Positions 1 through 8,832 of a DNA stretch of 64,000 nt are shown here, piece by piece. The notes under the pieces are model-generated. The model saw only the letters and a program-made list of their open reading frames with translations. It was not told the DNA's origin and did no database searches. A program made the translations under genes and the position numbers. Location: the sequence record NC_031043.1. One strand, 5' to 3'. Position 1 is the first letter of the stretch. Every line of letters begins with the position of its first letter.

Positions 1-1
1 C

Positions 2-1426
2 CGAGACACGTTAAAGGTCTTACAAGAGCGTGTAGGGCCTCTGGATGAACAGATTGTGGCAGTTACAAATCACATCGTTCGTTTAGAGCGTTTATTGGGT
101 GAAGACCAGACCATGTTGCAGCATCTCCGTGACACGGATGAGGTTAGCTGTCCGAATTGTACACACACCTTTAAACCGGGCGTGGGTAAACTCACCGAAG
201 CGGACTTACTGCAACGTATTGATGCCGGTACTAAGCACAAAGCTGCCAAGACCCTTGAACTTGACGATGCGAAACGTGTTCGGGGTGAAATCTTAGAAGA
301 GATGAAACGTCTGCAGACCATTCGTGAATTGGTACTGACGTATTCCCGTGACCCGATTCTGAGTCACCTCTTTAAGAAGCTCTCCGAAGAAGATGCGTTC
401 CGTGTTAACCGTCAACGTTTCGGTGCATTGATTCAGGCCTTCTTTGAAGAGATTACCGATGCTACGGTTTATGCTCGTACTGCTCAACAACTGCAGAAGG
501 CGGAGAAAGAGTGGGAAGAGCTGGCTCGGGCGAAGGGTAACATTGACACCACCTTAGCAGACCGTGTGGCTGTTCAACGTGAAGCGGTTGATGAAGCTCT
601 GCGTGAGAAGTACCGTATCGAGAATGAACTCAGTGAAGCGAAGACTCGTTTGGACAAGCACATGCAGGTGGATGCGGCCAGTAAACGTTTCGTGGAGTTG
701 GAGAAGAAGCTGACTAACGCGGTACGCTTACACGCAAACAACCTTGCCGTGAAGCAAGTGGAAGACCATCGTGCGATGCGTTGGGACCAGTATTCAGTTG
801 CCCGTGAACGTTTCCGTATCATGCAACAGGAACTGGACAAGCTGTTGGAGATGGAGAAGGAGTTAGAACGACTGGTCTCCCATCAGCACAATGCTAAGTT
901 AATGGTACAAAGCTTCTCTCCTGAAAAGGGTGTGTTGCGTCGTTACTTCTTTAACTCAATTGCACGTGTGACTGAGATGATGTCCAAGTACATTGAACAC
1001 GTCTGGTCTTATCCAATGAAGGTCTTGCCGTGCGACATGTCCGAAGGTGAACTGGACTATCGTTTCCCGTACACTCTGAAAGACAACCCAGAACCGGTAT
1101 TCGATATCTGTAAAGGGTCAGCAGCACAGCGCGATATCTTTGACTTGGCGTTTCGTCTGACTGGTTACCGTGCTTTAGGCCTCGAACAGTTTCCTTTATT
1201 ACTCGATGAGCCGGGTGCCACGTTTGATGAACACCACCGTAATGAACTGGTTGACTTTGTGAAGATGCTGTTGAACTCCGGACAGTTCTCACAAATCATT
1301 GTCATCTCTCACAACTCAGAAGTTCACTCGAAGTTATCTGGGGCGGACTACTGCGTATTAGAGTCTGACGGGATTACCCCTCCGCCGGTTTATAATCAAC
1401 ATGTGAAGGTGACTTACAATGAGTAG
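2..1426 (+). CDS. sbcC: SbcC/Rad50-like ABC-ATPase (DNA repair nuclease ATPase subunit), 5'-truncated by window edge
   Basis: Frame open from base 2. CPNC zinc-hook, long coiled coil, signature-like KGSAAQRD, Walker B/D-loop PLLLDEPGATFD, H-loop VISHN. Confidence 0.9.
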   Translation, partial: RDTLKVLQERVGPLDEQIVAVTNHIVRLERLLGEDQTMLQHLRDTDEVSCPNCTHTFKPGVGKLTEADLLQRIDAGTKHKAAKTLELDDAKRVRGEILEEMKRLQTIRELVLTYSRDPILSHLFKKLSEEDAFRVNRQRFGALIQAFFEEITDATVYARTAQQLQKAEKEWEELARAKGNIDTTLADRVAVQREAVDEALREKYRIENELSEAKTRLDKHMQVDAASKRFVELEKKLTNAVRLHANNLAVKQVEDHRAMRWDQYSVARERFRIMQQELDKLLEMEKELERLVSHQHNAKLMVQSFSPEKGVLRRYFFNSIARVTEMMSKYIEHVWSYPMKVLPCDMSEGELDYRFPYTLKDNPEPVFDICKGSAAQRDIFDLAFRLTGYRALGLEQFPLLLDEPGATFDEHHRNELVDFVKMLLNSGQFSQIIVISHNSEVHSKLSGADYCVLESDGITPPPVYNQHVKVTYNE

Positions 1427-1610
1427 TGTTGCTACCACAGCGGCAGTCTCTGGAATGAATGCAACCATCATTTCCAACAACATGATGCAATCCGCAGGCG
1501 GTGGGGATGAAGTTATATCCGTACTCGTCCTGTACGTGGTATTGATTATTGTGACGGCTGTCATTTTTGTTGTGGAGATACTTTTAATGATAATGGCGGC
1601 GAACTCGTAA
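1419..1610 (+). CDS. Small single-TM membrane protein
   Basis: Overlaps the sbcC stop (coupled). Hydrophobic stretch VISVLVLYVVLIIVTAVIFVVEILLMIM. Confidence 0.6.
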   Translation: MSSVATTAAVSGMNATIISNNMMQSAGGGDEVISVLVLYVVLIIVTAVIFVVEILLMIMAANS

Positions 1611-1712
1611 ATGAATATCATGACGTTAATCGGCAGAGTGTTGAAGTTTATTTTCATGTCTATGTTCAGAAAGAAGAAAGACGACAAAGGCCAACCAAAA
1701 GATTTTGAATAA
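1611..1712 (+). CDS. 33-aa peptide, not in ORF track (MNIMTLIGRVLKFIFMSMFRKKKDDKGQPKDFE)
   Basis: ATG directly follows the previous TAA. Amphipathic N-terminus with a basic tail. Fills the gap before the promoter motif. Confidence 0.4.
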   Translation: MNIMTLIGRVLKFIFMSMFRKKKDDKGQPKDFE

Positions 1713-1726
1713 ACCGCGGTAGATTA

Positions 1727-1752
1727 ATTTTGAGATATATATCATCTTCATG
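1727..1752 (+). promoter_or_regulatory. Class-A phage promoter motif (T-tract, ATATATATCAT, N4, ATG)
   Basis: Matches the motif repeated at about 10 intergenic sites and resembles the phiKZ early TATATTAC core. Confidence 0.6.
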
Positions 1753-1777
1753 CTAATCAATCCATTTGGAGCTAATC

Positions 1778-2506
1778 ATGTCTTATTCTTTTCTCGAGCG
1801 GTATGAAGATGAATTGAATGACTCAAACCGTAGTAGCTGGGACGACCAATATCGCCAGTTCTTTTCGGCGAAAGTTGTTAACGGTAACTATTACTTTGCG
1901 GTAATGTGTGACCTGAAAATCAAAGACCGAATGATGCGGGCTTTGGATATGTGGCATCAGCGTTGGGGGCATGGGGAAAACCCAACATCCAGATATGTCG
2001 CAACGTGGGATGAGCATCGCATGCGTGAACTGTACGAGAAAGCGCTCATGCATAATCCGTTCGATGAGGTATTATTTCTGGATGCGCTACAACATCACCT
2101 CAACGGCAACTTAAGGTTCTCGAAGGTAGCTCTGCCTGCTTGGAAGGTATCCCCTGATGGGCACTATTGGGACATGCCTAATAAACTCATGGCTATTATG
2201 CGTGAAATTTGGGATGGTGAGCGCTCCCGCAAAATAGATTTGTGGCACGATAAACTCCACACGTCCTTCCGTTTCCACCGCTGCCATTATTTCATCTATC
2301 AACCCGAACCTAAGCTGTGGTTTGAGTTAATTCAACGCGCTATTCCTTCTTACGTCAAAGGCCGTTTGTATGCATACCTCAAACATCGAGACATGAGCGT
2401 ACTGCAAGAGCCCGCGATGCGCGAAACATTAAACGCGCTAGTGTCAAACCGTAAACCTGGAAAAGCGAGTGCACTAAAACAATGGAAGGCTATACAGCAG
2501 AAATAG
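1778..2506 (+). CDS. Hypothetical protein (probably early)
   Basis: GGAG RBS before ATG 1778. No recognised motif. Confidence 0.8.
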   Translation: MSYSFLERYEDELNDSNRSSWDDQYRQFFSAKVVNGNYYFAVMCDLKIKDRMMRALDMWHQRWGHGENPTSRYVATWDEHRMRELYEKALMHNPFDEVLFLDALQHHLNGNLRFSKVALPAWKVSPDGHYWDMPNKLMAIMREIWDGERSRKIDLWHDKLHTSFRFHRCHYFIYQPEPKLWFELIQRAIPSYVKGRLYAYLKHRDMSVLQEPAMRETLNALVSNRKPGKASALKQWKAIQQK

Positions 2507-2604
2507 TTGGGAGCGTGTTATTCATCGCGCTGTCTTTTACTTTTATGTACATTATTCATCGACGTGATAAAAAGAAACGAGGTAAGAATCGTGAGAAACC
2601 CTAA
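2482..2604 (+). CDS. 40-aa single-TM peptide, not in ORF track (MEGYTAEIVGSVLFIALSFTFMYIIHRRDKKKRGKNREKP)
   Basis: TM segment followed by a positive-inside basic tail. RBS is weak. Confidence 0.4.
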   Translation: MEGYTAEIVGSVLFIALSFTFMYIIHRRDKKKRGKNREKP

Positions 2605-2731
2605 GATTATTTTTGGTGTGGTGATGCTCGCCTTATTCCTGATGAAACAGTGGTGGCTGTTCCTGCCGATGTTCGGCTTTGCGTTAGGCTACTCTCTGCG
2701 TCGAGAAATCGACCGCGAGGATAAACAGTGA
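2591..2731 (+). CDS. Small membrane protein (46 aa)
   Basis: GAGG RBS then GTG at 2591. Hydrophobic IIFGVVMLALFLMKQWWLFLPMFGFALGY. Confidence 0.55.
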   Translation: MRNPKIIFGVVMLALFLMKQWWLFLPMFGFALGYSLRREIDREDKQ

Positions 2732-3030
2732 ACCCGCAGTTTACGCCGGTGAAAAACCCGGCATTATTGCCCGTCGTCATTAGACGTCCACAGCTGCCTT
2801 CTGCGGACTTTGATGGGGATTCTCCGTCCATACCGTTCCGTACCTCTTACCGTGACCGTTTGGTTGCTTTCGCAAGGACACTGTATCCCGCGATAGTCGT
2901 TATAGCTAGAGCGTACCGAGATATAACTAACAACCCGGCCTTTATTCGTGCTGTGCATATTGCGCACAAAAAGAAACGGCTGAAAAATCAAAGACGACGT
3001 CGCAAAACTAAAGCGATGCGTAAAAAGTAA
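2728..3030 (+). CDS. Hypothetical basic protein with KRLKNQRRRR tail
   Basis: GTGA overlap with the upstream gene. C-terminal tail is shared with the next gene. Confidence 0.7.
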   Translation: MNPQFTPVKNPALLPVVIRRPQLPSADFDGDSPSIPFRTSYRDRLVAFARTLYPAIVVIARAYRDITNNPAFIRAVHIAHKKKRLKNQRRRRKTKAMRKK

Positions 3031-3075
3031 TAATCCAAAAGACATATCTATCAATCATACCGTGGAGTATTTAAA

Positions 3076-3687
3076 ATGAACGATGAAAAGAAAGAATCCT
3101 TATCTGCAGCTGCGTCTTTAATGCAACCTAGAACGCCGGAAGAGCAGAAGAACTGGTGGTCTGAACGCAAACGCGGTGTCGAAGTCGTGATTACACCGGA
3201 ACTTGCTAATGACCCGAAAGCAGCGAAGATGATTAAATTGATGGAAGCTACAGGTGCTACTATCCATATCGGATGTTCTGAAACCATGGACATTGACGGT
3301 AACATTGCTCAAGCGGTTACGCAGAAGCAGCTTAGCGATATCCGCATGCTAATGCATAACGGCGTGGCCGGAGCTTTCCGTTCCTCAGACCAGTCAGAGC
3401 CGGTACGGTGGCGGGGCGAGACTGAACTTTCACGTTTCGATTTAAACAGCGGAATCTATGAGCGTTCCCCGATGGTTAAAACCGGGGCAATCGATTTTGA
3501 TGCGCTGTTAGACCCGCAAGGTATTCTGGCTAAAACTTCCCCGGCGCGTGAACGGATGTGTGGCCAGTACGGCAATGCATTCCACCACTATACTCCTGAG
3601 TATCTACGTGAGCGAGCCATGACTCGTAAAGCTAAACGTCTTAAGAACCAGCGCCGTCGTCGTAACGCGAAGGCACGGAGAAAATAA
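3076..3687 (+). CDS. Hypothetical protein with KRLKNQRRRR tail
   Basis: GGAG RBS. Arg/Lys-rich C-terminus. Confidence 0.8.
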   Translation: MNDEKKESLSAAASLMQPRTPEEQKNWWSERKRGVEVVITPELANDPKAAKMIKLMEATGATIHIGCSETMDIDGNIAQAVTQKQLSDIRMLMHNGVAGAFRSSDQSEPVRWRGETELSRFDLNSGIYERSPMVKTGAIDFDALLDPQGILAKTSPARERMCGQYGNAFHHYTPEYLRERAMTRKAKRLKNQRRRRNAKARRK

Positions 3688-3863
3688 TGGAAAAGGAATT
3701 TCAGCTACAGCCGATACCGTTTATCGTACGTCCTCCCGAGGAAGAAGCTGTTCTCCGTTATCGCACTGTCGTTAAGATAGGCGATAAAGATTACATCATG
3801 TATACGCCGGGTCCTCAAGACTCCACGTCGACGCTGGTTAAGGTGAAAGTAAATGACTGCTGA
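3687..3863 (+). CDS. 58-aa hypothetical protein, not in ORF track (MEKEFQLQPIPFIVRPPEEE...KVKVNDC)
   Basis: GGAG at 3677-3680, TAATG stop/start overlap, fills the gap exactly. Confidence 0.65.
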   Translation: MEKEFQLQPIPFIVRPPEEEAVLRYRTVVKIGDKDYIMYTPGPQDSTSTLVKVKVNDC

Positions 3864-4050
3864 TACGATTATCTTGTTTCAAAAGTTTCTGTGCGTCTTA
3901 AGCATAGGCGTTGCATTAATTGTACTGGCACTTGCGGTCGTGGTGCTGATTGATAAACTCCGTAACAAACCGGCAGATGTAGAGGAAGAGGGTTCTAGCG
4001 ATGACAATGACGTGGCACACGAAGCACGAACATTACCACACTCTGAATAA
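3853..4050 (+). CDS. Small single-TM protein with acidic tail
   Basis: TM segment FLCVLSIGVALIVLALAVVVLI followed by KLRNK. Confidence 0.6.
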   Translation: MTADTIILFQKFLCVLSIGVALIVLALAVVVLIDKLRNKPADVEEEGSSDDNDVAHEARTLPHSE

Positions 4051-4318
4051 TGAAATTGCTGAGTGGGCAAAAACGCATGTCGGTGAGCGTTGGGATTTAG
4101 AAACCACTTACACTTTTATTTGGTTTGATGGTGAGGAACATCTGTTCCGTGAAGATGTACGTGAGAAGATACTGAAGAAGATGGCGGGACACCCACCTAT
4201 TCCGGCTACCCACCGTCGTCTTTACAACCTGTATCAAAACTACAATCACGCACCGGCGAAAACGTACTTCACGTACATTGATGTACCGGCCGAAGACTGT
4301 TATCAGAAAGAGCGTTAA
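4001..4318 (+). CDS. Hypothetical protein
   Basis: Purine-rich RBS. In line with the operon. Confidence 0.65.
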   Translation: MTMTWHTKHEHYHTLNNEIAEWAKTHVGERWDLETTYTFIWFDGEEHLFREDVREKILKKMAGHPPIPATHRRLYNLYQNYNHAPAKTYFTYIDVPAEDCYQKER

Positions 4319-4320
4319 TC

Positions 4321-4818
4321 ATGTCTTCATTAAAGTTTCTTCGCGAAACCGATATTGGTGGGGATTTGTTCAATGCACCAGAAACGTATAAAGTCGTGAC
4401 GGTGAATCAGGTAGGTGCAATGGGTCGGGGCATTGCACTAGCCTGTAAAGAACGATACCCTATCGTATATCAGAAGTACCGCAAGGCCTGTCGTGAGAAA
4501 CTTTATTTCCCCGACCGTGTGATGACGTTCCCTGATGAAAAGGTTATCCTACTTGCCACAAAGAACGATTGGAAAGACGCCTCAACTGTGGAGATTCTTT
4601 ATCGGAGTCTCCATGGATTGAGAAACGAACTCCCGTCGTTAAACGCCTCCGTTGCCCTTCCGCCTTTAGGAATGGTTAACGGGTGGCTGAAGAAATCTCA
4701 GCGTGCTGAGGTTTTTTCTTTGCTCGTTGAGCTATTCCATCGACAAGAATGTGAGGTCCGTATGTACTTGCCAGACGTTTTGTATGAGGAGGTACATGCG
4801 CTTTATCAATCCAAATAG
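4321..4818 (+). CDS. Macrodomain protein, DarG/TARG1(Poa1p)-like ADP-ribosyl hydrolase
   Basis: VVTVNQVGAMGRGIALACKERYP, LLATKNDWK and SVALPPLGMVNGWL match the DarG macro pattern (VNTVGVMGKGIALQFK / NFPTKxHWR / SIAIPPLGxGxGGL). Confidence 0.85.
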   Translation: MSSLKFLRETDIGGDLFNAPETYKVVTVNQVGAMGRGIALACKERYPIVYQKYRKACREKLYFPDRVMTFPDEKVILLATKNDWKDASTVEILYRSLHGLRNELPSLNASVALPPLGMVNGWLKKSQRAEVFSLLVELFHRQECEVRMYLPDVLYEEVHALYQSK

Positions 4819-4822
4819 GCAT

Positions 4823-4843
4823 GGATATATATTCTCTTGGTGA
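4823..4843 (+). promoter_or_regulatory. Class-A-like promoter core (ATATATATTCT, N4, GTG), no T-tract
   Basis: Partial match to the repeated motif. Followed by palindrome GACTAAT-AG-ATTAGTC at 4842-4857. Confidence 0.4.
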
Positions 4844-4968
4844 CTAATAGATTAGTCCGAGAACAACAATTTTAACTCCGCAGGAGGCTGACTTACTTAC
4901 AACCCGCCATTGGGGTAGTTGCATGACTACAAACCAGCGTTATTAAATTCAACAAGGATAACCTTACC

Positions 4969-5820
4969 ATGAAACGTTTTCTCTTGGGCGTCGCACTCCT
5001 GCTGACCAGCCTGACTGTTTTTGCATCTACGTCTACGAGCGTACACTGGGACCGCCATAAGCAGACTGTTGTTAAGGCTGCTAATAAAGTTGGGGTCTCT
5101 CCTAAGTTAGCCACCGCAGTTGCTGGACGAGAGTCTGGCGGAAATGCACAGGCCAAAAATCAATTCTCGTCGGCCTCGGGCTTGATGGGTATCACGCGTC
5201 CGACCGCCCGGGCGATGTTACGTAAGTACGGTGCCGAACTTGGCTTACCGCGAAACGCGAACATCATGAACCCAAAGGTGAACGCGCTGTTAGGGACTGT
5301 CTATTTGAGAGAAGTCCGTCAGGAAATGAATCAACGCTTGCATCGCCCAGCCCGGGACCACGAAGTGTATCTTGCTTATCACTTCTCACCCGCAAAAGCT
5401 GAGCGTATTATTAAAGCGCGTCCTTCAAAACGTATGGTTGACATTTACCCAGCTGCGGCACGCGGTAACAAGCCATGGTATTACCACAAAGGTGGAAAAG
5501 CTAAATCAGCCTCAGATGTTATTCTGATGGCTCAAGCAAAAGTCGGCAAACAGTCGAAGTATGGTCACGAAGCTGTGTCAATAGCCAAAGTACAGAAGGC
5601 TAAAGCCACTCCTAAACGTATAGCGAGTATGGCTACCACCACCCCTGTCTGCATGACAGATTTGGTTGCAGAGTCGTCTCAGCCTCGTGAACACCCTTTA
5701 ACGGTGAAAGGGAAAAGCGGTACCAGCGTTATGTCACGCTGTCGCGATTCAGTCACCCCTGACCTGGAGTTCGATACTGCGATGGTGCAGTTCTCCTTAA
5801 AAGACCAATACCTACACTAG
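4969..5820 (+). CDS. Soluble lytic transglycosylase (SLT) with Sec signal peptide; endolysin-like
   Basis: Signal MKRFLLGVALLLTSLTVFA. Catalytic motif AGRESGGN, SSASGLMGIT, NALLGTVYL and VYLAYH. Confidence 0.85.
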   Translation: MKRFLLGVALLLTSLTVFASTSTSVHWDRHKQTVVKAANKVGVSPKLATAVAGRESGGNAQAKNQFSSASGLMGITRPTARAMLRKYGAELGLPRNANIMNPKVNALLGTVYLREVRQEMNQRLHRPARDHEVYLAYHFSPAKAERIIKARPSKRMVDIYPAAARGNKPWYYHKGGKAKSASDVILMAQAKVGKQSKYGHEAVSIAKVQKAKATPKRIASMATTTPVCMTDLVAESSQPREHPLTVKGKSGTSVMSRCRDSVTPDLEFDTAMVQFSLKDQYLH

Positions 5821-5826
5821 GAGTGA

Positions 5827-6303
5827 ATGGTGGATATAAAAGAAATGCCGTTTTATCGACCAACCGCAGAGGCATTGCGTTTGAAGTCGAAGGAAATCGT
5901 AAGCATGATAATCAGCATCAACTTCGGGGTAAAGAGTAGCTTCCATCGGGTACACGATTGTCAGCAAACTCTGCATCAAGCTACCGAACGTCGCAAGTTT
6001 GATTTTGATACTGCTTACGGTTTGCTCTATCTGGCGGGTTTTCGCCCTCAGGTGTTAGAAACCGCGGACGGGTTTGTTTTTCTTCTTCTGCCATCAGGCA
6101 CGTATGACAAGACCATCACCTTGGAAGTGGCCATGCAAGAAGCGCGGGTGTATTTAGCTCGTTTGCTGAAAGTTGACGAGAACATCAAATCGCCATTGAA
6201 AATGCTGGCTGTCTTCCGTGGCGATATGAATGTCACACGTGGCCAGCACGTTCCCCGTGATAAAATCCTCTTTGAGTTTAAACGCCATGAAAACGTTGCT
6301 TGA
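5827..6303 (+). CDS. Hypothetical protein
   Basis: AGGAG RBS. No motif recognised. Confidence 0.75.
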   Translation: MVDIKEMPFYRPTAEALRLKSKEIVSMIISINFGVKSSFHRVHDCQQTLHQATERRKFDFDTAYGLLYLAGFRPQVLETADGFVFLLLPSGTYDKTITLEVAMQEARVYLARLLKVDENIKSPLKMLAVFRGDMNVTRGQHVPRDKILFEFKRHENVA

Positions 6304-6796
6304 CCTTGCCCGCTTTTACAATCAACCGGATGCACACGAGTGGTTAACGATGGCTATGCCGGTTCTGGTTGAAGCCGCTCGGTTAGATGCAGCTGCTATC
6401 AAAGGCGAGTATCTGCAAACGGCGATGACCGATTACGACGTAGACCTGTTCACCTCTGCGCCTCAGTTGGTCTTCCCTCGCCCTATGCGGATTGTTATTG
6501 CACCAAGCGAACAAGCAGTTTACTTTACTGCCGAACCAACCACGCTACTGGGAGACCCGTTAGAAGGTACCGTACGAGCGGTGCAGTTCTTCCGTCCTGG
6601 TGTAGGAATGGGTTATCGTAGTTGGGCGCTGGCTTCGTGGGAAGACGGTAGCGATGAAATCACAGTGTTGGCCGCACTGACTGATTCGCCACTGACTCCG
6701 ACGGTTGTGAAAGTCACCGATGTGGAAGAGACTACCGATGCAGCAATCATCACGCGCAGTGTTTGCTATATTCGTGTAGATGCCCCGATGCAATAA
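6287..6796 (+). CDS. Hypothetical protein
   Basis: Start moved to ATG 6287, overlapping the previous gene end. Ends at the bidirectional terminator. Confidence 0.7.
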   Translation: MKTLLDLARFYNQPDAHEWLTMAMPVLVEAARLDAAAIKGEYLQTAMTDYDVDLFTSAPQLVFPRPMRIVIAPSEQAVYFTAEPTTLLGDPLEGTVRAVQFFRPGVGMGYRSWALASWEDGSDEITVLAALTDSPLTPTVVKVTDVEETTDAAIITRSVCYIRVDAPMQ

Positions 6797-6849
6797 AAAA
6801 GAAACGTCCCCGTACCCCAAAAGGGTACGGAGGCGCTCTTTATTTTTTT
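6794..6849. terminator. Bidirectional intrinsic terminator
   Basis: CCGTACCC-caaaa-GGGTACGG with an A-run on the left and a T-run on the right, between convergent genes. Confidence 0.85.
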
Positions 6850-7465
6850 ATGGCTTAGTTTTATCGTTCGCTACCTGAATCAACTTCTCATTGAGCGAAG
6901 TCAATTCCTGATTGCGTGTTTCCAGTGTCGCAATCTGTTCCTCGTAAGGAACCGTATCACGAATGTTCATTTTCCGCTTGTTCTCCATTTCGACATGTTG
7001 GTCATTATCTACCTGACCTTCATAGCGCATGGTGGAAATATACGGAACTGGCACAATCCCCAAACGAGACTTCACGTAGTTGGCAAAGTCACCAACAAAC
7101 GCTTGAGCATCCACATAGTCCGGCAACAGTGCCAAGTCTACCACTAACACATTGCGGTTGTACGTAAGCCCACTCAGTCCAGGATATGAAACGAGGTAAG
7201 TGTTTGGCACATACCGCACTTCCCCATCGCTGGCCTTCAGAACGAGAATAGACGCCTTAACAGCGACATCCGCGTTGTAGTCTGCCTTCGTGATGTTATG
7301 GGGTGCGTAATAGGTATCATATACCGGCTTGTTTCCACGCTCTAATTCCGGGAAGGTACGAATAGCTTGTAAGCTATAGATGACCCCATTGGGTAATTCG
7401 AACGGTGACAGGCAAGTAAATGACCCCTCGGTGTTAATGGGTGGTGATAATGGTGTACGTGCCAT
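6848..7465 (-). CDS. Probable virion structural protein (phiKZ-like conserved)
   Basis: Co-transcribed with the 444-aa gene. C-terminal coiled coil. Assignment from synteny only. Confidence 0.55.
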   Translation of the reverse strand: MARTPLSPPINTEGSFTCLSPFELPNGVIYSLQAIRTFPELERGNKPVYDTYYAPHNITKADYNADVAVKASILVLKASDGEVRYVPNTYLVSYPGLSGLTYNRNVLVVDLALLPDYVDAQAFVGDFANYVKSRLGIVPVPYISTMRYEGQVDNDQHVEMENKRKMNIRDTVPYEEQIATLETRNQELTSLNEKLIQVANDKTKP

Positions 7466-7473
7466 TCATCCTC

Positions 7474-8808
7474 CTAGACGGTTGGCCAAACCGAAGTACG
7501 GCTCAGTACGCGGTACTCTACGTTTTCATGTTCGAAGACATAGAACGCCAAGTCTGGGTTGTTTTCGTCAACCACTTTCACCACGTCAGTCGTACCGGAA
7601 TACGGGTGGTACTCTTCCGCCGCAATCAGTGCCTGAATGTATAAACGAATCCATTCAGTCGTCAACTTAGATACCCGCGAAATCTCACTGGAAGAAGTTG
7701 AGATTAAAGCATAGTCAGGAATGACTTCATGCAGGGTCTTTTTGTTGTCGATGTTTTCAGGCCCACTAATACAGACCGCACTCAATGACTTATACTGTGC
7801 AGGAATAACGCACACGTCGGTCGTTGGCAGTTTGTGTGGGTGGTCTTCACTGATAGCCGTAGCATCCCATTCACCGAACGCGTCAATCGTGTTCAGAATG
7901 AAATCGTATGGGAGCATGGGTGAGTAAAGAGATGCGATATCTTCCATATTCGGGATACCGCGCACTTTCCAACCCGGAACCATCGTAAAGCGAGTTGTAG
8001 AGAACAGGTCAGGGAATACCTTCGACCAATCAATACGACCATAGCCCGATTGTGACAGAACAGCGTTTTGATACGCTTCTTTGACATACGTCGGGTTGCG
8101 GCCTTGAGGGCCGTAGATAATACAGGAAAAGACAATATTCGGAATCGTTGAGTCGTAGTTCTCACGGTCATGCCAGGTGTAGTAGTTTGTCTGGATGGTC
8201 GTGAACGGGAATTTGTTTGCTGCCTCGTTCACCTTTTCGTGGTGAGCCGGTAAGCTCCATCCCTCCAACGCTTTCTCCACCACCGTCTTCACAGACTGGA
8301 AGGTGTCGATAGGATTCAACATCAAAATGACTTCGATGTCAAAACCGCGGTAGTCTTTCGCGAAATCCACATCGGAGAACCAGAGGCGAATTTCGTTCTC
8401 TTCTTGCCCTTCGAGTTTGTAGGAAATCCAGCGGGGGAACCAATTCCCGTTGCCTTCAATCATCGCACCAGTGGCAACTTTAGAAATGGTAGATGAAAAC
8501 TGTCCGACCAGCAGACGTTGAAACTCGACCTCGTCGTTTTTCAGCACGCCGTTAATCGCTTGGGAATAAATCCACTGCGTAACTGTTAATACGTTATCGG
8601 AGAACGACGACGGAACAGTAATGGCTACCTTATCTCGTTTCGAGGTGAAGGCAACCAGTTCCACCTGCATGTTAGCTTTACGAAAGCCTTGTTTATCCTT
8701 GGCAAAGCTGGTAGAATACTCCGAGAGCTCCCCTACAGGAGCTGTTACACCGCCGGGTGTATTATCTTTCAGCGGTCCAATATTGATAAACCCTTGTAAA
8801 TCGTACAT
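7474..8808 (-). CDS. Probable virion structural protein
   Basis: 444 aa, GGAG RBS. Minus-strand late-type gene pair typical of phiKZ-like phages. Confidence 0.6.
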   Translation of the reverse strand: MYDLQGFINIGPLKDNTPGGVTAPVGELSEYSTSFAKDKQGFRKANMQVELVAFTSKRDKVAITVPSSFSDNVLTVTQWIYSQAINGVLKNDEVEFQRLLVGQFSSTISKVATGAMIEGNGNWFPRWISYKLEGQEENEIRLWFSDVDFAKDYRGFDIEVILMLNPIDTFQSVKTVVEKALEGWSLPAHHEKVNEAANKFPFTTIQTNYYTWHDRENYDSTIPNIVFSCIIYGPQGRNPTYVKEAYQNAVLSQSGYGRIDWSKVFPDLFSTTRFTMVPGWKVRGIPNMEDIASLYSPMLPYDFILNTIDAFGEWDATAISEDHPHKLPTTDVCVIPAQYKSLSAVCISGPENIDNKKTLHEVIPDYALISTSSSEISRVSKLTTEWIRLYIQALIAAEEYHPYSGTTDVVKVVDENNPDLAFYVFEHENVEYRVLSRTSVWPTV

Positions 8809-8832
8809 ATAACAACTCCGAGGTAAGTAATA

